DNA from: a virus
Lineage: Duplodnaviria; Heunggongvirae; Uroviricota; Caudoviricetes
Length of the DNA: 64,000 bases
Virus record (IMG/VR): IMGVR_UViG_3300001798_000005
Strand: one strand, 5' to 3'
Under the pieces are notes generated by a model. That model was given only the letters and a program-made list of their open reading frames with translations, was not told the DNA's origin and did not search any database. Of this stretch, positions 37,446-46,789 are shown in pieces. The position numbers and the translations under genes are program-made. How positions within the stretch are numbered: the first letter of the stretch is position 1; every line of letters begins with the position of its first letter.

Positions 37446-38065
37446 AATTCCTCCAGGGTGATTTTCTGAAAAGCTTCAACCCGACTCTCCGGGGAGGCGT
37501 TCATGACTATTATCCCAGCCCTTTCGAGAGGCTCTTTCGTCGCCATGAAGTCTTCAGCCCATCCCTTATAGAGTCTATCCTGCATGGGGGAATCCCAATG
37601 ATAGCCCCCGTGCCAGTGCGATTGCTCCCCGATCCCCATATCGATCCCGAGGAGGATAATCCTTGCCGCGCCTTTAGAGTATGTGATATTGAGCGCTCCA
37701 TGACCGGTATTCCGACCCGCGACATCAGGGGGTTCCGTCAGACCCTCGGCGCGGGATCGCCGGAGATAATGAGCACCTTCGACCTTTTCCCCATCACATC
37801 CATGCCCGGGGTCATTCGCGGGGCTAATGATCAGGAACCGATCGCCCGGAAAGGCAATCAATTCTTTCTTCATGTTGTTGATGAAATTATGGTCCATCGA
37901 AACAATGCCATCACACTTGGCGGCTGGCATGAGCCCCGAGGCGTTACAGCCAAGGCGATAACCTGGCGGCAATCGATCGAAGTCAAAGCCCCTCAGGGAG
38001 TCTCCGCCGCCGATGATAAAAACTGTTTGGCCTTCCCAGGACCTATCCAGAACCGAATAACTCAT
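37427..38065 (-). CDS. DUF115 (Maf/MptE-like) putative glycosyltransferase
   Basis: FIIGGGDSL...GCNASG...DGIVSMD pattern recalled from DUF115/motility-accessory-factor proteins; start at internal Met. Confidence 0.35.
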   Translation of the reverse strand: MSYSVLDRSWEGQTVFIIGGGDSLRGFDFDRLPPGYRLGCNASGLMPAAKCDGIVSMDHNFINNMKKELIAFPGDRFLIISPANDPGHGCDGEKVEGAHYLRRSRAEGLTEPPDVAGRNTGHGALNITYSKGAARIILLGIDMGIGEQSHWHGGYHWDSPMQDRLYKGWAEDFMATKEPLERAGIIVMNASPESRVEAFQKITLEELCQLPS

Positions 38066-38498
38066 CTGCCTGTTCTCCACTGGGCGGATTGTGGAATTTA
38101 TCTCGACTGAAGGCCGCCGCCGGTCGGTCTGTGTCTTCCCTGACGTTCTCGATTTCGGAAATCGACACCCCTCCGACGTATGGCGACCCAAGGCCACCAT
38201 AGAGAGAGTTTTGCGCCGCTTGGGTCGTCAGGATGCCAATCAGGCCCCTGTAGTGTTCATATTGCTGATTGGCCGATACCCTGACGGATTCGATCGCGGT
38301 ATCGCACAACCGAGAATATTTAGCTGCCAATGATTGAGCGCAAAATATCGCCGCTGTATACTTGTCAGAAGTGGCCGCAATGGCGAAATTGATCTCAGCG
38401 TCTTGGAGCTGTTGATCATTGGTATCAGTGTCACCGATCAGAAACCGAACCGCCGCCAACGTGGAGGCTGCTGGGTCTCCGGCGTAGGTCCAGGTCAT
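38043..38498 (-). CDS. head-tail connector (gp6-like)
   Basis: Size and position upstream of adaptor genes. Confidence 0.4.
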   Translation of the reverse strand: MTWTYAGDPAASTLAAVRFLIGDTDTNDQQLQDAEINFAIAATSDKYTAAIFCAQSLAAKYSRLCDTAIESVRVSANQQYEHYRGLIGILTTQAAQNSLYGGLGSPYVGGVSISEIENVREDTDRPAAAFSRDKFHNPPSGEQADELFGSG

Positions 38499-38500
38499 CG

Positions 38501-39040
38501 TTACAACTCGACGTAATGAATGTAAGCGTATCCGGCGATCGCGGTCGCGGCCCCGGAGGCCACAGAACCCGTGATGGCTTGAGTGGAGGTGAAGAGCTTA
38601 ATGGTCTTGCCATTGGAGCCCGCATTGGCGATGTTGGTGAAAATCCCTGAAGAGACTCCAGTGGAGGCGGCTACGTTGGCCCCATCGATGAGCGAATCAC
38701 TCAAGGTGGTCTCGTCAGTCGCCACTCCTACATCAACCGTACAGGCGGCAGAGGTCAGGGTAGTGATATTCAGGACCACCAGGTGGACATATCCGGCCAC
38801 GCCGGGCGTGAAGGCAAAAACACCGCCAGCGGTCCCGACTGCCGCCAAGGCGACTTTCTTAACCTTAATGGGTCGTTTGGTCCCCGTGCTGGGCATCGCT
38901 AAATCGGCAGCCGTAACGGTTCCGGCACTCGTGATCCCTTCGGTGATGGTCAAAAGGCTAGAAGATGACCGGGCAACGGTTTTGAGGCATTCCATTATTT
39001 TCTGGACCGCATCAGATCCGGGTACTCTGTAACCGGGCAT
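38501..39040 (-). CDS. hypothetical virion protein (Thr/Ala/Gly-rich)
   Basis: ORF between capsid and connector genes. Confidence 0.4.
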   Translation of the reverse strand: MPGYRVPGSDAVQKIMECLKTVARSSSSLLTITEGITSAGTVTAADLAMPSTGTKRPIKVKKVALAAVGTAGGVFAFTPGVAGYVHLVVLNITTLTSAACTVDVGVATDETTLSDSLIDGANVAASTGVSSGIFTNIANAGSNGKTIKLFTSTQAITGSVASGAATAIAGYAYIHYVEL

Positions 39041-39321
39041 TATTTGACCTCTTTCTTTTCAGCCGACTTTTTGACAGGTTTTTCAAGTTTAACTTCAGGA
39101 GCCCCGATCAGCTCTGGTTCTGGTTCAGAAACCAACGCCGGGATATCGGGGTGATCGATGAATCGGTGATCCCACAGTTGGGTCATCCGGCGGGTATTGA
39201 CCGCCAATTGTCTCCAGGGGAAATCTTGCCCGATCCCCATCGGGTGCCCGTTGGCCGTAAAGGCCTTGCGGACCACGAATGTTTTCTTTAAATCAAAATC
39301 TATTCTGGCGCGAGGGCGCAT
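39040..39321 (-). CDS. hypothetical protein (start at internal Met; exact coordinate plus or minus 1)
   Basis: Longer ORF overlaps capsid gene 3-prime end; ends in Lys-rich tail. Confidence 0.3.
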   Translation of the reverse strand: MRPRARIDFDLKKTFVVRKAFTANGHPMGIGQDFPWRQLAVNTRRMTQLWDHRFIDHPDIPALVSEPEPELIGAPEVKLEKPVKKSAEKKEVK

Positions 39322-39367
39322 AAGACCTCCAAGGGGGAGAAGCGGGGAACAGAGTTCCCCGCTTGCT

Positions 39368-40354
39368 TTAAGCCACGATACTGGTAAAGAAATATCCCAG
39401 GTTTGCAGAAATGAGTTTTTGATCAAAAGCCATTTCACCTTCAACGCGGTCAGAGGCTTCTTTCTCAATTCTGAATTTTTTAATCCGAAGCCCATTAGAA
39501 CCGGCGCCGAACATACCCTTCCAGGAGAAGGTATAACCACCACTGGGGGTCATCAGGCCCGGACGAGGGGCGCTGTAGACCAAGAGGGCAGTTTTGCCGG
39601 TGATGAAGGCATGACTGTTGGTCACGGTTTCAGCCGCCGAGTTGTAGATCGCCGAACCGACAAGGATTTCGTCAAGTTCAAGGATCTGGGCAACAGCTTC
39701 CTTGGAGACCATTGCGGGTCTTCCGGCGGTTTGGCCGTATTTGACCCGATCGATGATGTCGGGGTGATCAACCAATTTGTCCCAGACTTCTTGACCGAGC
39801 ACCAATTTATTAGGGCGGAATCCGGTGGATTTGTGAACCACAGTCGCTCCCGCCCGAACGTCACTCAAGGGATCGGAGTTAGTGTAGTCACTCCACTGGT
39901 AGAGTTGACCAGTCGTCGGGGAAGCGGCACCGGTTTTGTCAGTCGTCCAGACGGAAGTCGTCATGAAAGAAGAGACGAATTTGGCTTCCTTCCTGATCAG
40001 CAATTTGGTCGTGACAAACTCAGTAGCTTCCATGTCGAGGTTCAACGGCACATCAGCGTTAGCGCGGATCTGATCCGGCACGTCTTTGTGCCAAGCCCAG
40101 ACGTTGGCGAAATAGCTGGGGGTATTGTCGATCCGGTAATCACCTCCGGCAGATTCAGCCCCAGGGGCCCGTACACGAGCTTCATCCCGGTTGAAATCCC
40201 CACGGTCGTATGTGAAAAAACGATCGGATTGTTTGTCTACAGGGATATTAGGGAAGACCTTATCGGCGATAAAGGCATCCTGGTTTTGCAAAAACGCGAC
40301 ACTGATCATTGTCAGCGGGGCGTTTACGTGGACATCTGATGCGGTAGGGTTCAT
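39368..40354 (-). CDS. major capsid protein (lambda gpE-like)
   Basis: 328 aa, pattern and order (D-like gene immediately upstream). Confidence 0.6.
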   Translation of the reverse strand: MNPTASDVHVNAPLTMISVAFLQNQDAFIADKVFPNIPVDKQSDRFFTYDRGDFNRDEARVRAPGAESAGGDYRIDNTPSYFANVWAWHKDVPDQIRANADVPLNLDMEATEFVTTKLLIRKEAKFVSSFMTTSVWTTDKTGAASPTTGQLYQWSDYTNSDPLSDVRAGATVVHKSTGFRPNKLVLGQEVWDKLVDHPDIIDRVKYGQTAGRPAMVSKEAVAQILELDEILVGSAIYNSAAETVTNSHAFITGKTALLVYSAPRPGLMTPSGGYTFSWKGMFGAGSNGLRIKKFRIEKEASDRVEGEMAFDQKLISANLGYFFTSIVA

Positions 40355-40379
40355 TCCCTAAATCTCCTCTTACTTCTAA

Positions 40380-40760
40380 TTACGCGGTGGCGGATGCGGC
40401 TTTGGCGCGGGGGTGGAACAAGATGGCGATCACGTTACCGCTTGCGCCAGTCTCCAGAGCCTCACCGAGGATCACGTCATTGGTCGCACAAGCGACCGCT
40501 TGACCATTAGTGTCACTCGCGACGGGGTTACCTTTAGTGATCGTGCCCGCGCAGGAGACCTTGGTGATTCCGCCGACACAAACCGAGGCCGCCCGACCGG
40601 CAGCCGCAGGAGTGTTTTGCAAAACCCCAATAGCGAATAGGCCATCACCGGCGGGATCGACTTGACCGTCAGACGAGACGTCAACAAAGTAATATTGCTT
40701 GGCTGACAGATCTGCACCCGCTTCAAAGTCAACGATTTGCATATTTTGCGAAAAAGACAT
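40380..40760 (-). CDS. head decoration protein (gpD-like)
   Basis: 126 aa, Gly/Ala-rich beta protein immediately upstream of capsid gene. Confidence 0.55.
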   Translation of the reverse strand: MSFSQNMQIVDFEAGADLSAKQYYFVDVSSDGQVDPAGDGLFAIGVLQNTPAAAGRAASVCVGGITKVSCAGTITKGNPVASDTNGQAVACATNDVILGEALETGASGNVIAILFHPRAKAASATA

Positions 40761-40782
40761 TCTCTTACTCTCTCCTCAGCTC

Positions 40783-41559
40783 TTAAACGACAGGATTCAA
40801 TTTGTCGTAAAGTTTCACACCCTCATCTGAAAACAGCGCTTTCGTGTAAGCTTGCTCAAAAGTTAGGCTTGGGTTTTTATCAACAATTTCTTTCGCCATA
40901 GCGGTTAGGCGGTCCTGAGGGGCTTTTTTCTCAACAGAAGCCTTGCCGACTTCCTTAAAGGCAGAACCCAGGGACTCATTGGCGGATTTCAAAACCTGAA
41001 GGGCGTATTCTTTATTATCGCCATCGAGGCCAGCCAAGGCTTTCAACAGTTGAGCCTTTTGGACTTCATCCCCAGGGAGGTTGGGGATTTCGGCATTTGC
41101 CTGTTTGGCAAATGCATTCAATTCCAGGACTTCCTGTTGGGACTTCAGGGTTTTGGCCATTTCAAGATTTTGTTTCACAACAGCTTCAAGCTGTTTCTGA
41201 ATGGTTTCCGAAAGCCCCTCTTTGGCAACTTCAGCGGCCTTGGCCTCAGCGGCCTCCTTGTCGGCGATCGCTTTAGCGACTTCCTGGGCGGCATCGGCTT
41301 GAGATTTGGCGAGTTTGTCCTCAGCGGTTTTTTGATCCGCCTGGGCCTGCTCAAGAGCTTTTTGCATTTCTTCCAAGGTCATTTTAGGGACTCCCTCATT
41401 AAATTCTGCATCTGTTTTAATTTCAGATTCCTCGATCATAGCATCCGAATCACACGATCCGTTTTTTGTCAACAGCATGTTGGCAAATTGATTTGCTCCA
41501 ATGGTGACATTTGATACTTCAGTGAGGATCAGCTTGTGACATTTCTTTTTAGCTTTCAT
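40783..41559 (-). CDS. scaffolding protein
   Basis: Ala/Glu/Lys-rich coiled coil between protease and decoration genes. Confidence 0.55.
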   Translation of the reverse strand: MKAKKKCHKLILTEVSNVTIGANQFANMLLTKNGSCDSDAMIEESEIKTDAEFNEGVPKMTLEEMQKALEQAQADQKTAEDKLAKSQADAAQEVAKAIADKEAAEAKAAEVAKEGLSETIQKQLEAVVKQNLEMAKTLKSQQEVLELNAFAKQANAEIPNLPGDEVQKAQLLKALAGLDGDNKEYALQVLKSANESLGSAFKEVGKASVEKKAPQDRLTAMAKEIVDKNPSLTFEQAYTKALFSDEGVKLYDKLNPVV

Positions 41560-42562
41560 CTAATTTTTCCCATACGGCATTGCCGCCTATTGAAAACATT
41601 TTGAGGTTGCCATCCTTGATGGATTTCCAAACCTCTGAATCGTCAATCTTCACACCAATCAGCCAGCCGACCTTTTTTAGATCAATCCCTAAAACCTTCT
41701 GAAGCTCTTTAGTGAACATCATCGATTCAACAATGGTTCCGGTGGATTCACCGACGTGCATTGTTTTATTGGATCTGGAGTCCTGCATGAATTCCACAAC
41801 CGCATCAGCCAAAACGTCTTCCGGGATGATGTCACCATGTTGGTCGATGACTTCTTTCCCGTCTTTCTCCACCACAGAGGCCCACCCATAGACGAGCTGT
41901 TTGTCAGTAGCGCCGGTCTTGATGATCTCCCCCTCCATCTTGAGGGTATCGGCCCAGTCGGTCCGGTAGGGCATCACTTCTTCCGCCTCGAAGGAAAGCT
42001 CAAAAGTCGGGAGCTTTACTTTAGAAAGATCAAAATTAAGTCCCACATTATAAGAGACCGTCACATGTGGCTCCCGGTATTCCGCCCAATCGAAATCCAT
42101 CCCGAGGGCAATTGCCTTCGTGTTTTGTTCATCTACCTCATGGCAGGGGAAGCTCAAAACCAAGGCCTCACGGTTTGGCCCAACGAACTTCAGAGAGTAA
42201 GGGGGGTATTCGTCATTTAACCCAATCTGTACCCGGATAGGGTTAACGAGCGGTTCATACCCGGCAAAACCATCAGGGGACCTGATGACGGTACAGTGAA
42301 GGAGTTCAGCCGGGACCGGGTTGGGGATCTTATTCTCTTCCGCCCATCTGGAAAGATTCACCTCAGTGGTGGCGTCGGGTTTCATCCATGAATAGATGCC
42401 GGCCGATTCCTTCCAGGTCCGTTCAGGAGATAAAAAACCCTGCTTCTCGACGGCGATCCAAGCGGCAAAGGATCGGTGGATCTCCCCCTGGTTGGGGGCA
42501 GCCAGGTAAGCCTTGTAGAAGGCTTCACGGGCTGGCATGTTGGGGATTTGGTTAAAGTCCAT
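41549..42562 (-). CDS. fusion of N-terminal 2H phosphoesterase (LigT/CPDase-like) domain and C-terminal XkdF-like (S78) prohead protease domain
   Basis: Two H-x-T-x motifs (LHCTVI, PHVTVS) about 79 aa apart; C-terminus LVYGWASVVEKDG...HGDIIPED...HVGESTG resembles XkdF-type proteins (from memory). Confidence 0.45.
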   Translation of the reverse strand: MDFNQIPNMPAREAFYKAYLAAPNQGEIHRSFAAWIAVEKQGFLSPERTWKESAGIYSWMKPDATTEVNLSRWAEENKIPNPVPAELLHCTVIRSPDGFAGYEPLVNPIRVQIGLNDEYPPYSLKFVGPNREALVLSFPCHEVDEQNTKAIALGMDFDWAEYREPHVTVSYNVGLNFDLSKVKLPTFELSFEAEEVMPYRTDWADTLKMEGEIIKTGATDKQLVYGWASVVEKDGKEVIDQHGDIIPEDVLADAVVEFMQDSRSNKTMHVGESTGTIVESMMFTKELQKVLGIDLKKVGWLIGVKIDDSEVWKSIKDGNLKMFSIGGNAVWEKLDES

Positions 42563-43569
42563 CAGTCACTCAAATAATCAATTTTGTAAAATACCGTACA
42601 GCGGCATTGCACCGTCAGGGCCGCAGGGGCACGGGGATCGCCCGGATATTGGATCAGATATCCCCCAGGGGCCTTGAAGGGTTCCCGGAGCCCCACCCCG
42701 TCGGGGTTCAGAGCCGGAATCCCCCCATGGGCATGCGCGGGTCTGGTTTTCCCATCTTTAGTATAAATCCACAAACGGCGGATCCGCTTTTCCTCAACCT
42801 GGCCCTTCTCTGCCATATCTTCCCAGAGGGCCTGGCCGGACATGCTGAGGGATCGGATCGATTCCGTGCGGGCGATGACTTCAGATCTGTACTTCAGATA
42901 CCGGTCCCGATACCGGGCCGTCATTCGGTCAATCTGTTCACCCTTCAGGGCCTTATCTTTTAAATTCAGAATCGTCCGATCAAACCGTTTATCCCGAAGC
43001 GCTCTGTTAAGCGCTTCGGATGGCTTGTTGATCAATGCCTGCCGGTAGTTCGATACTGCCCGATCCTGTGATGCCGTCAGGCCAATGTGATTTTTTATCT
43101 CCCTGGCGGTCTCGATGGGGTTGATCCCACCCTGGAGGGAGCGGGATACAATCTGCTCAATCGTGGTTCGGGTTTCATCCGTCAGGCCACGGATCAGGGA
43201 CCTCTTATACTGATCCAGCACCCCGGTCAGTTTTGGGTTTGCCTGATCGAAATAAACATGGGTGTCGACCCGAACGCCCTGCCCGAATGGATCCCGCGCT
43301 TGCGGGAGCGCCGGAACTTCTGCCGCGATAGCCTTCCCGGAAGTAACAAAGCTTTCACTTATCTGCTCCCCAAAGGGCTGAAAGGCGGCTGAAATGTTGG
43401 TTTCACTGATCTCCCCCAGTAGGAGATCCACTCGGCCCCGGCTGAGGAGATCCGTTATCTCAGTTTCCGGGATGACGGCTTGAAGGCGATCGAGGGAAAG
43501 CAAAAATGAGGCCGCCAGTGCTTTCTCATTTGCCGATTGAACGGTCTGGAGGTTCTGGCTTTGGTCCAT
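42562..43569 (-). CDS. phage Mu F-like / SPP1 gp7-like minor head protein
   Basis: ARTESIRS motif, C-terminal CRCT; directly downstream of portal. Confidence 0.6.
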   Translation of the reverse strand: MDQSQNLQTVQSANEKALAASFLLSLDRLQAVIPETEITDLLSRGRVDLLLGEISETNISAAFQPFGEQISESFVTSGKAIAAEVPALPQARDPFGQGVRVDTHVYFDQANPKLTGVLDQYKRSLIRGLTDETRTTIEQIVSRSLQGGINPIETAREIKNHIGLTASQDRAVSNYRQALINKPSEALNRALRDKRFDRTILNLKDKALKGEQIDRMTARYRDRYLKYRSEVIARTESIRSLSMSGQALWEDMAEKGQVEEKRIRRLWIYTKDGKTRPAHAHGGIPALNPDGVGLREPFKAPGGYLIQYPGDPRAPAALTVQCRCTVFYKIDYLSD

Positions 43570-44959
43570 TTTGTTCCCCTTGTTGTAGCGCTGGAGGTGT
43601 CATCTGGTCCCGATAGGTCATGATGTCTTCCGGTTGAATCTCCTCGGGGAGATCCGCCGCCTGGCGGAGAACCTTTTCAGTCTCGATGTCACCGCCAAAG
43701 ACCATCCCGGCGGAAGCGAGCTTAGAGACGTAATCACCGAGTTCAACCAAATCTTGAGGGGCAATCTGTCCCGGGGTGAAGATCGGCAAAAAGATCGGAT
43801 CAAACCCATTGATCCTCCACAACTTCGGCAGGAGATCGCGGTTAATGGTGTCGGCAATCCCCTTGACCATGCCCTCAATGGCCTTAATGAAAAGCTGAGT
43901 CTTTGATTTCGAGAGCGCAAAGGACCCCGCGTCAGTTGAGCCAAGCATGATAAAGTCAGCTAAAAAGGTTGTCGCGATCGCGCGATTGTACCGGAGGATA
44001 GTGTCATTAGTGTTAATCGCCCGTGAGCCGCCAGAGGTGATAAGGCTGACGTCAACCATTGGGGTGCTGCTCAAACTCCCATCTTCATTGGACCACAGAT
44101 CGGAGGGGATCACGATCCCGCCTTGCTCGTTAAACTTCATGTCCCGAGCCATCTTTTTATAAAGCGCCAAGGCGGCGGAATTGATCGGATTGGTGATGAT
44201 CTCCGACGGGATGCGGATAACCGGCAAGCCAGCCAGATCCCGCTCAATCCCGATTGCCTCGGTCCATTCAATATTCTTTTTAAAGTACCAAGGCCGGTAG
44301 CAGTTTCTCAGAAGGGATCGGCCTTCTGGGTTGTCCTTACGGGACGTGGTGCGGAACAGGATAGCCTTCTCCATGGGGATATAGATATTAGGGGCGCCAT
44401 TGGGGTCTTGTTGATAAAATCCCAAGATATCCCCATTGGGTGCCCGTTCCCATCGGTCGATACTTTCTTGACCCCGAGGGGCGAGTTTGTGGAGGCCGAT
44501 CCGGCCATCTGAATAATTGCTCGCCGCCATCCCGGCAGCAGGGCTTAACCCGTCCCGGCGCTTATAGACGGTTTCAAAGACCGAAAATCCAAAAACATTC
44601 TGAGTCAAGACCTCTGCCAAGAATTCACTCAAAGGTTGGTCCATATCGGATAAACACTCATCGGTGAACTCCGCATATTCGCCCGACGTGTCGGCCCCGC
44701 TGGGGCTAGACTTCCAATCGATGGCCTGAATGAGCCGCTCAATTCCGTTCAGGACGGCGCCGATGACGTCATCGTTATCAGCCATCTCACGATAAGTCTT
44801 TCGGCCACGGTCGCCCTGAAGTTCTGGGACAAATTCCTCCCAGATATACCCATTGGCGATCCTCAGACCCGTAACGCCCATTTGGGCCGTCGGGTCAATC
44901 GGAGGGGTTGCCTCGACCGGTTGGGCTGGCTTTGGTTTAAAGAAAGACATAATATCCAT
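43526..44959 (-). CDS. portal protein
   Basis: 477 aa between TerL and MuF-like gene. Confidence 0.65.
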   Translation of the reverse strand: MDIMSFFKPKPAQPVEATPPIDPTAQMGVTGLRIANGYIWEEFVPELQGDRGRKTYREMADNDDVIGAVLNGIERLIQAIDWKSSPSGADTSGEYAEFTDECLSDMDQPLSEFLAEVLTQNVFGFSVFETVYKRRDGLSPAAGMAASNYSDGRIGLHKLAPRGQESIDRWERAPNGDILGFYQQDPNGAPNIYIPMEKAILFRTTSRKDNPEGRSLLRNCYRPWYFKKNIEWTEAIGIERDLAGLPVIRIPSEIITNPINSAALALYKKMARDMKFNEQGGIVIPSDLWSNEDGSLSSTPMVDVSLITSGGSRAINTNDTILRYNRAIATTFLADFIMLGSTDAGSFALSKSKTQLFIKAIEGMVKGIADTINRDLLPKLWRINGFDPIFLPIFTPGQIAPQDLVELGDYVSKLASAGMVFGGDIETEKVLRQAADLPEEIQPEDIMTYRDQMTPPALQQGEQNGPKPEPPDRSIGK

Positions 44960-44968
44960 GAATCTATT

Positions 44969-46474
44969 CTATCTCGCGTATGGGTTGTAATGGGTCAGAC
45001 CACTCTGGAGATCATTGTCCCGAAGCGCCCTAGGGGCCTGCTGTTCATTCCCGGTCGTGATAGGGCCACAGGTGATCGCTTTTGGCTGACGGGACCATTT
45101 CATGATACGGCTCAAATATTGCGACATCGCGTCAACGTCATCATCATGAGTCACGTTGGGGAAATTGCACCAGTTCGCCACCGTGGCCTTTACCCATGGC
45201 TTGTTCCTGGGGACAAAGACCTTTCCGGCCTCAAAGTACGTTGAGACAAAATTGACCCGTTCGGTCTTGCTCATCCCCATGTTCTTGCCGGGCATCATGG
45301 CGATCACCGGGATGGCGGAATCGGCCCGCATGTCCTGAATGAGCTGTTGCCCTGAGGCCTTATCCTCAATGAGGGCCTCCAGGGCGGGGTATTGTCTCCA
45401 TTGGTCCCTGAAGGTCTTCTTAAGCTCCGGGTATGGCATCTTACGCTTAACCTGCTCAACCAGATAATGCCCATTGTCGCACTCGGCCCAGAGCTGACCG
45501 ACTGAATAGTCATTCTCCTGTTTTTCCTTGATCGCGGTGTCCCAGGACCACCGGAAAGCCTTCACGGGCGGAAGCTCATCCCAGTATTGGATCCATTCCG
45601 GTAAGAGGATACCCTTGCCGGGGCTGACATTCCAGTTTCCCCCCAGGAGTTGCTCTCGGTCGATTCTCGGCAGGGCCATCAGGTTAGCGAGATAGCCGGG
45701 ATCTTTTTCCATCAGGATCTTATTGTCATAAATGGAGGCCGCGATAAAGGTGAAGGACTTGGGAAGCGTTGGAAGTTCTGGGGTTGAGGGATACTTTTCC
45801 AAAAGTTCTTCAGCAGTGTCGCCCCAGAGGAATTCGTCTTCTCTGACGATGAACCACCGGATTTTACCCGACCGCTCTGGAATCGGCAGGCCATCTTCGC
45901 CGATCCACCAATCAATCAACTCCCTGACAAATGAATCCGAATCAGGGTTGCAGGTGGCCCGGATGTAAGGTTTGACCCCACAGGTGGAGCGATTCCGAGA
46001 AAACATATAGAAGAATTGCCCCCGGGTGAAGTGGGTCAACTCATCGAAACCCATCATGGGCAGCTCAGACCCCTGATAGGACAGCTTGTCCTTCTCGTGC
46101 TCCATATGGGCGAAGGTCACGCTTGCCCCGCTGGGGAAAGTCCACTGAAGCTTGGAGATCAAGGGCTTCCCGCCCAGTTGGGGAAACATGGCTTGGCTCT
46201 GATCCCAGAGTGAACCTTGTTTTTTGATCTGTGGAGAGGTCCTGCGGAATATGACAGCGCCGAAGTTGGGGTTATCGGTGTTGCGAAATGACTCAGCGAG
46301 AAGGCTCCAGGATTTTCCACCCCCCGCCGCCCCGCCATAAATGGCTACGTCAGCGGATGTTGACAAGAATAACTCCTGCGGGCCTGGCTGAGGGGACATC
46401 TCTATAGTCAAAATAGCCTCACTTGTTGAGCCTCTGAGATAAGGTTTTTCCAGCTTTAGGCTTCTGTTGTTCAA
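44969..46474 (-). CDS. terminase large subunit
   Basis: Walker A YGGAAGGGKS, Walker B GFDELTH, C-terminal nuclease-like region. Confidence 0.8.
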   Translation of the reverse strand: MNNRSLKLEKPYLRGSTSEAILTIEMSPQPGPQELFLSTSADVAIYGGAAGGGKSWSLLAESFRNTDNPNFGAVIFRRTSPQIKKQGSLWDQSQAMFPQLGGKPLISKLQWTFPSGASVTFAHMEHEKDKLSYQGSELPMMGFDELTHFTRGQFFYMFSRNRSTCGVKPYIRATCNPDSDSFVRELIDWWIGEDGLPIPERSGKIRWFIVREDEFLWGDTAEELLEKYPSTPELPTLPKSFTFIAASIYDNKILMEKDPGYLANLMALPRIDREQLLGGNWNVSPGKGILLPEWIQYWDELPPVKAFRWSWDTAIKEKQENDYSVGQLWAECDNGHYLVEQVKRKMPYPELKKTFRDQWRQYPALEALIEDKASGQQLIQDMRADSAIPVIAMMPGKNMGMSKTERVNFVSTYFEAGKVFVPRNKPWVKATVANWCNFPNVTHDDDVDAMSQYLSRIMKWSRQPKAITCGPITTGNEQQAPRALRDNDLQSGLTHYNPYAR

Positions 46475-46582
46475 AAACGCTCGATAGTTCCAAGAATTCC
46501 TTCAACCCCGGCAAGGTCTTAGCGGGCTCTTCCAGAGCCTTACAGAATTTTTCCCACGCCTCTGCGTCTAACCTTGCCTCGC

Positions 46583-46789
46583 TCACAATACCCTCAGATG
46601 GCTTTCTTTTTTTTTGTAAAAATCACAATTCCTGACCCCGAAGGCATCGTCAATAAAGACCACCTGGGTCACTAGGGCCTCCAGGAGGGGGCAGAGAGGC
46701 TCCTCCTCTGTTCTTTTTCCGCCATTCGTGCAGGTCCCGCACTGGTCATCTTTTTCGATACAGATTTGGCCATTATCGCCCAAAAACAT
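46583..46789 (-). CDS. small Cys-rich protein (68 aa)
   Basis: CIEKDDQCGTC...C pattern. Confidence 0.3.
   Translation of the reverse strand: MFLGDNGQICIEKDDQCGTCTNGGKRTEEEPLCPLLEALVTQVVFIDDAFGVRNCDFYKKKESHLRVL

Noticed and set aside
39197-40339. 380-aa plus-strand ORF
   Set aside because: Antisense to the gpE-like major capsid gene, low-complexity Arg/Gly/Ser-rich translation. Similar antisense ORFs (6645..7187, 30781..31218, 32738..33298, 33818..34489, 5000..5401, 9291..9758) were rejected for the same reason
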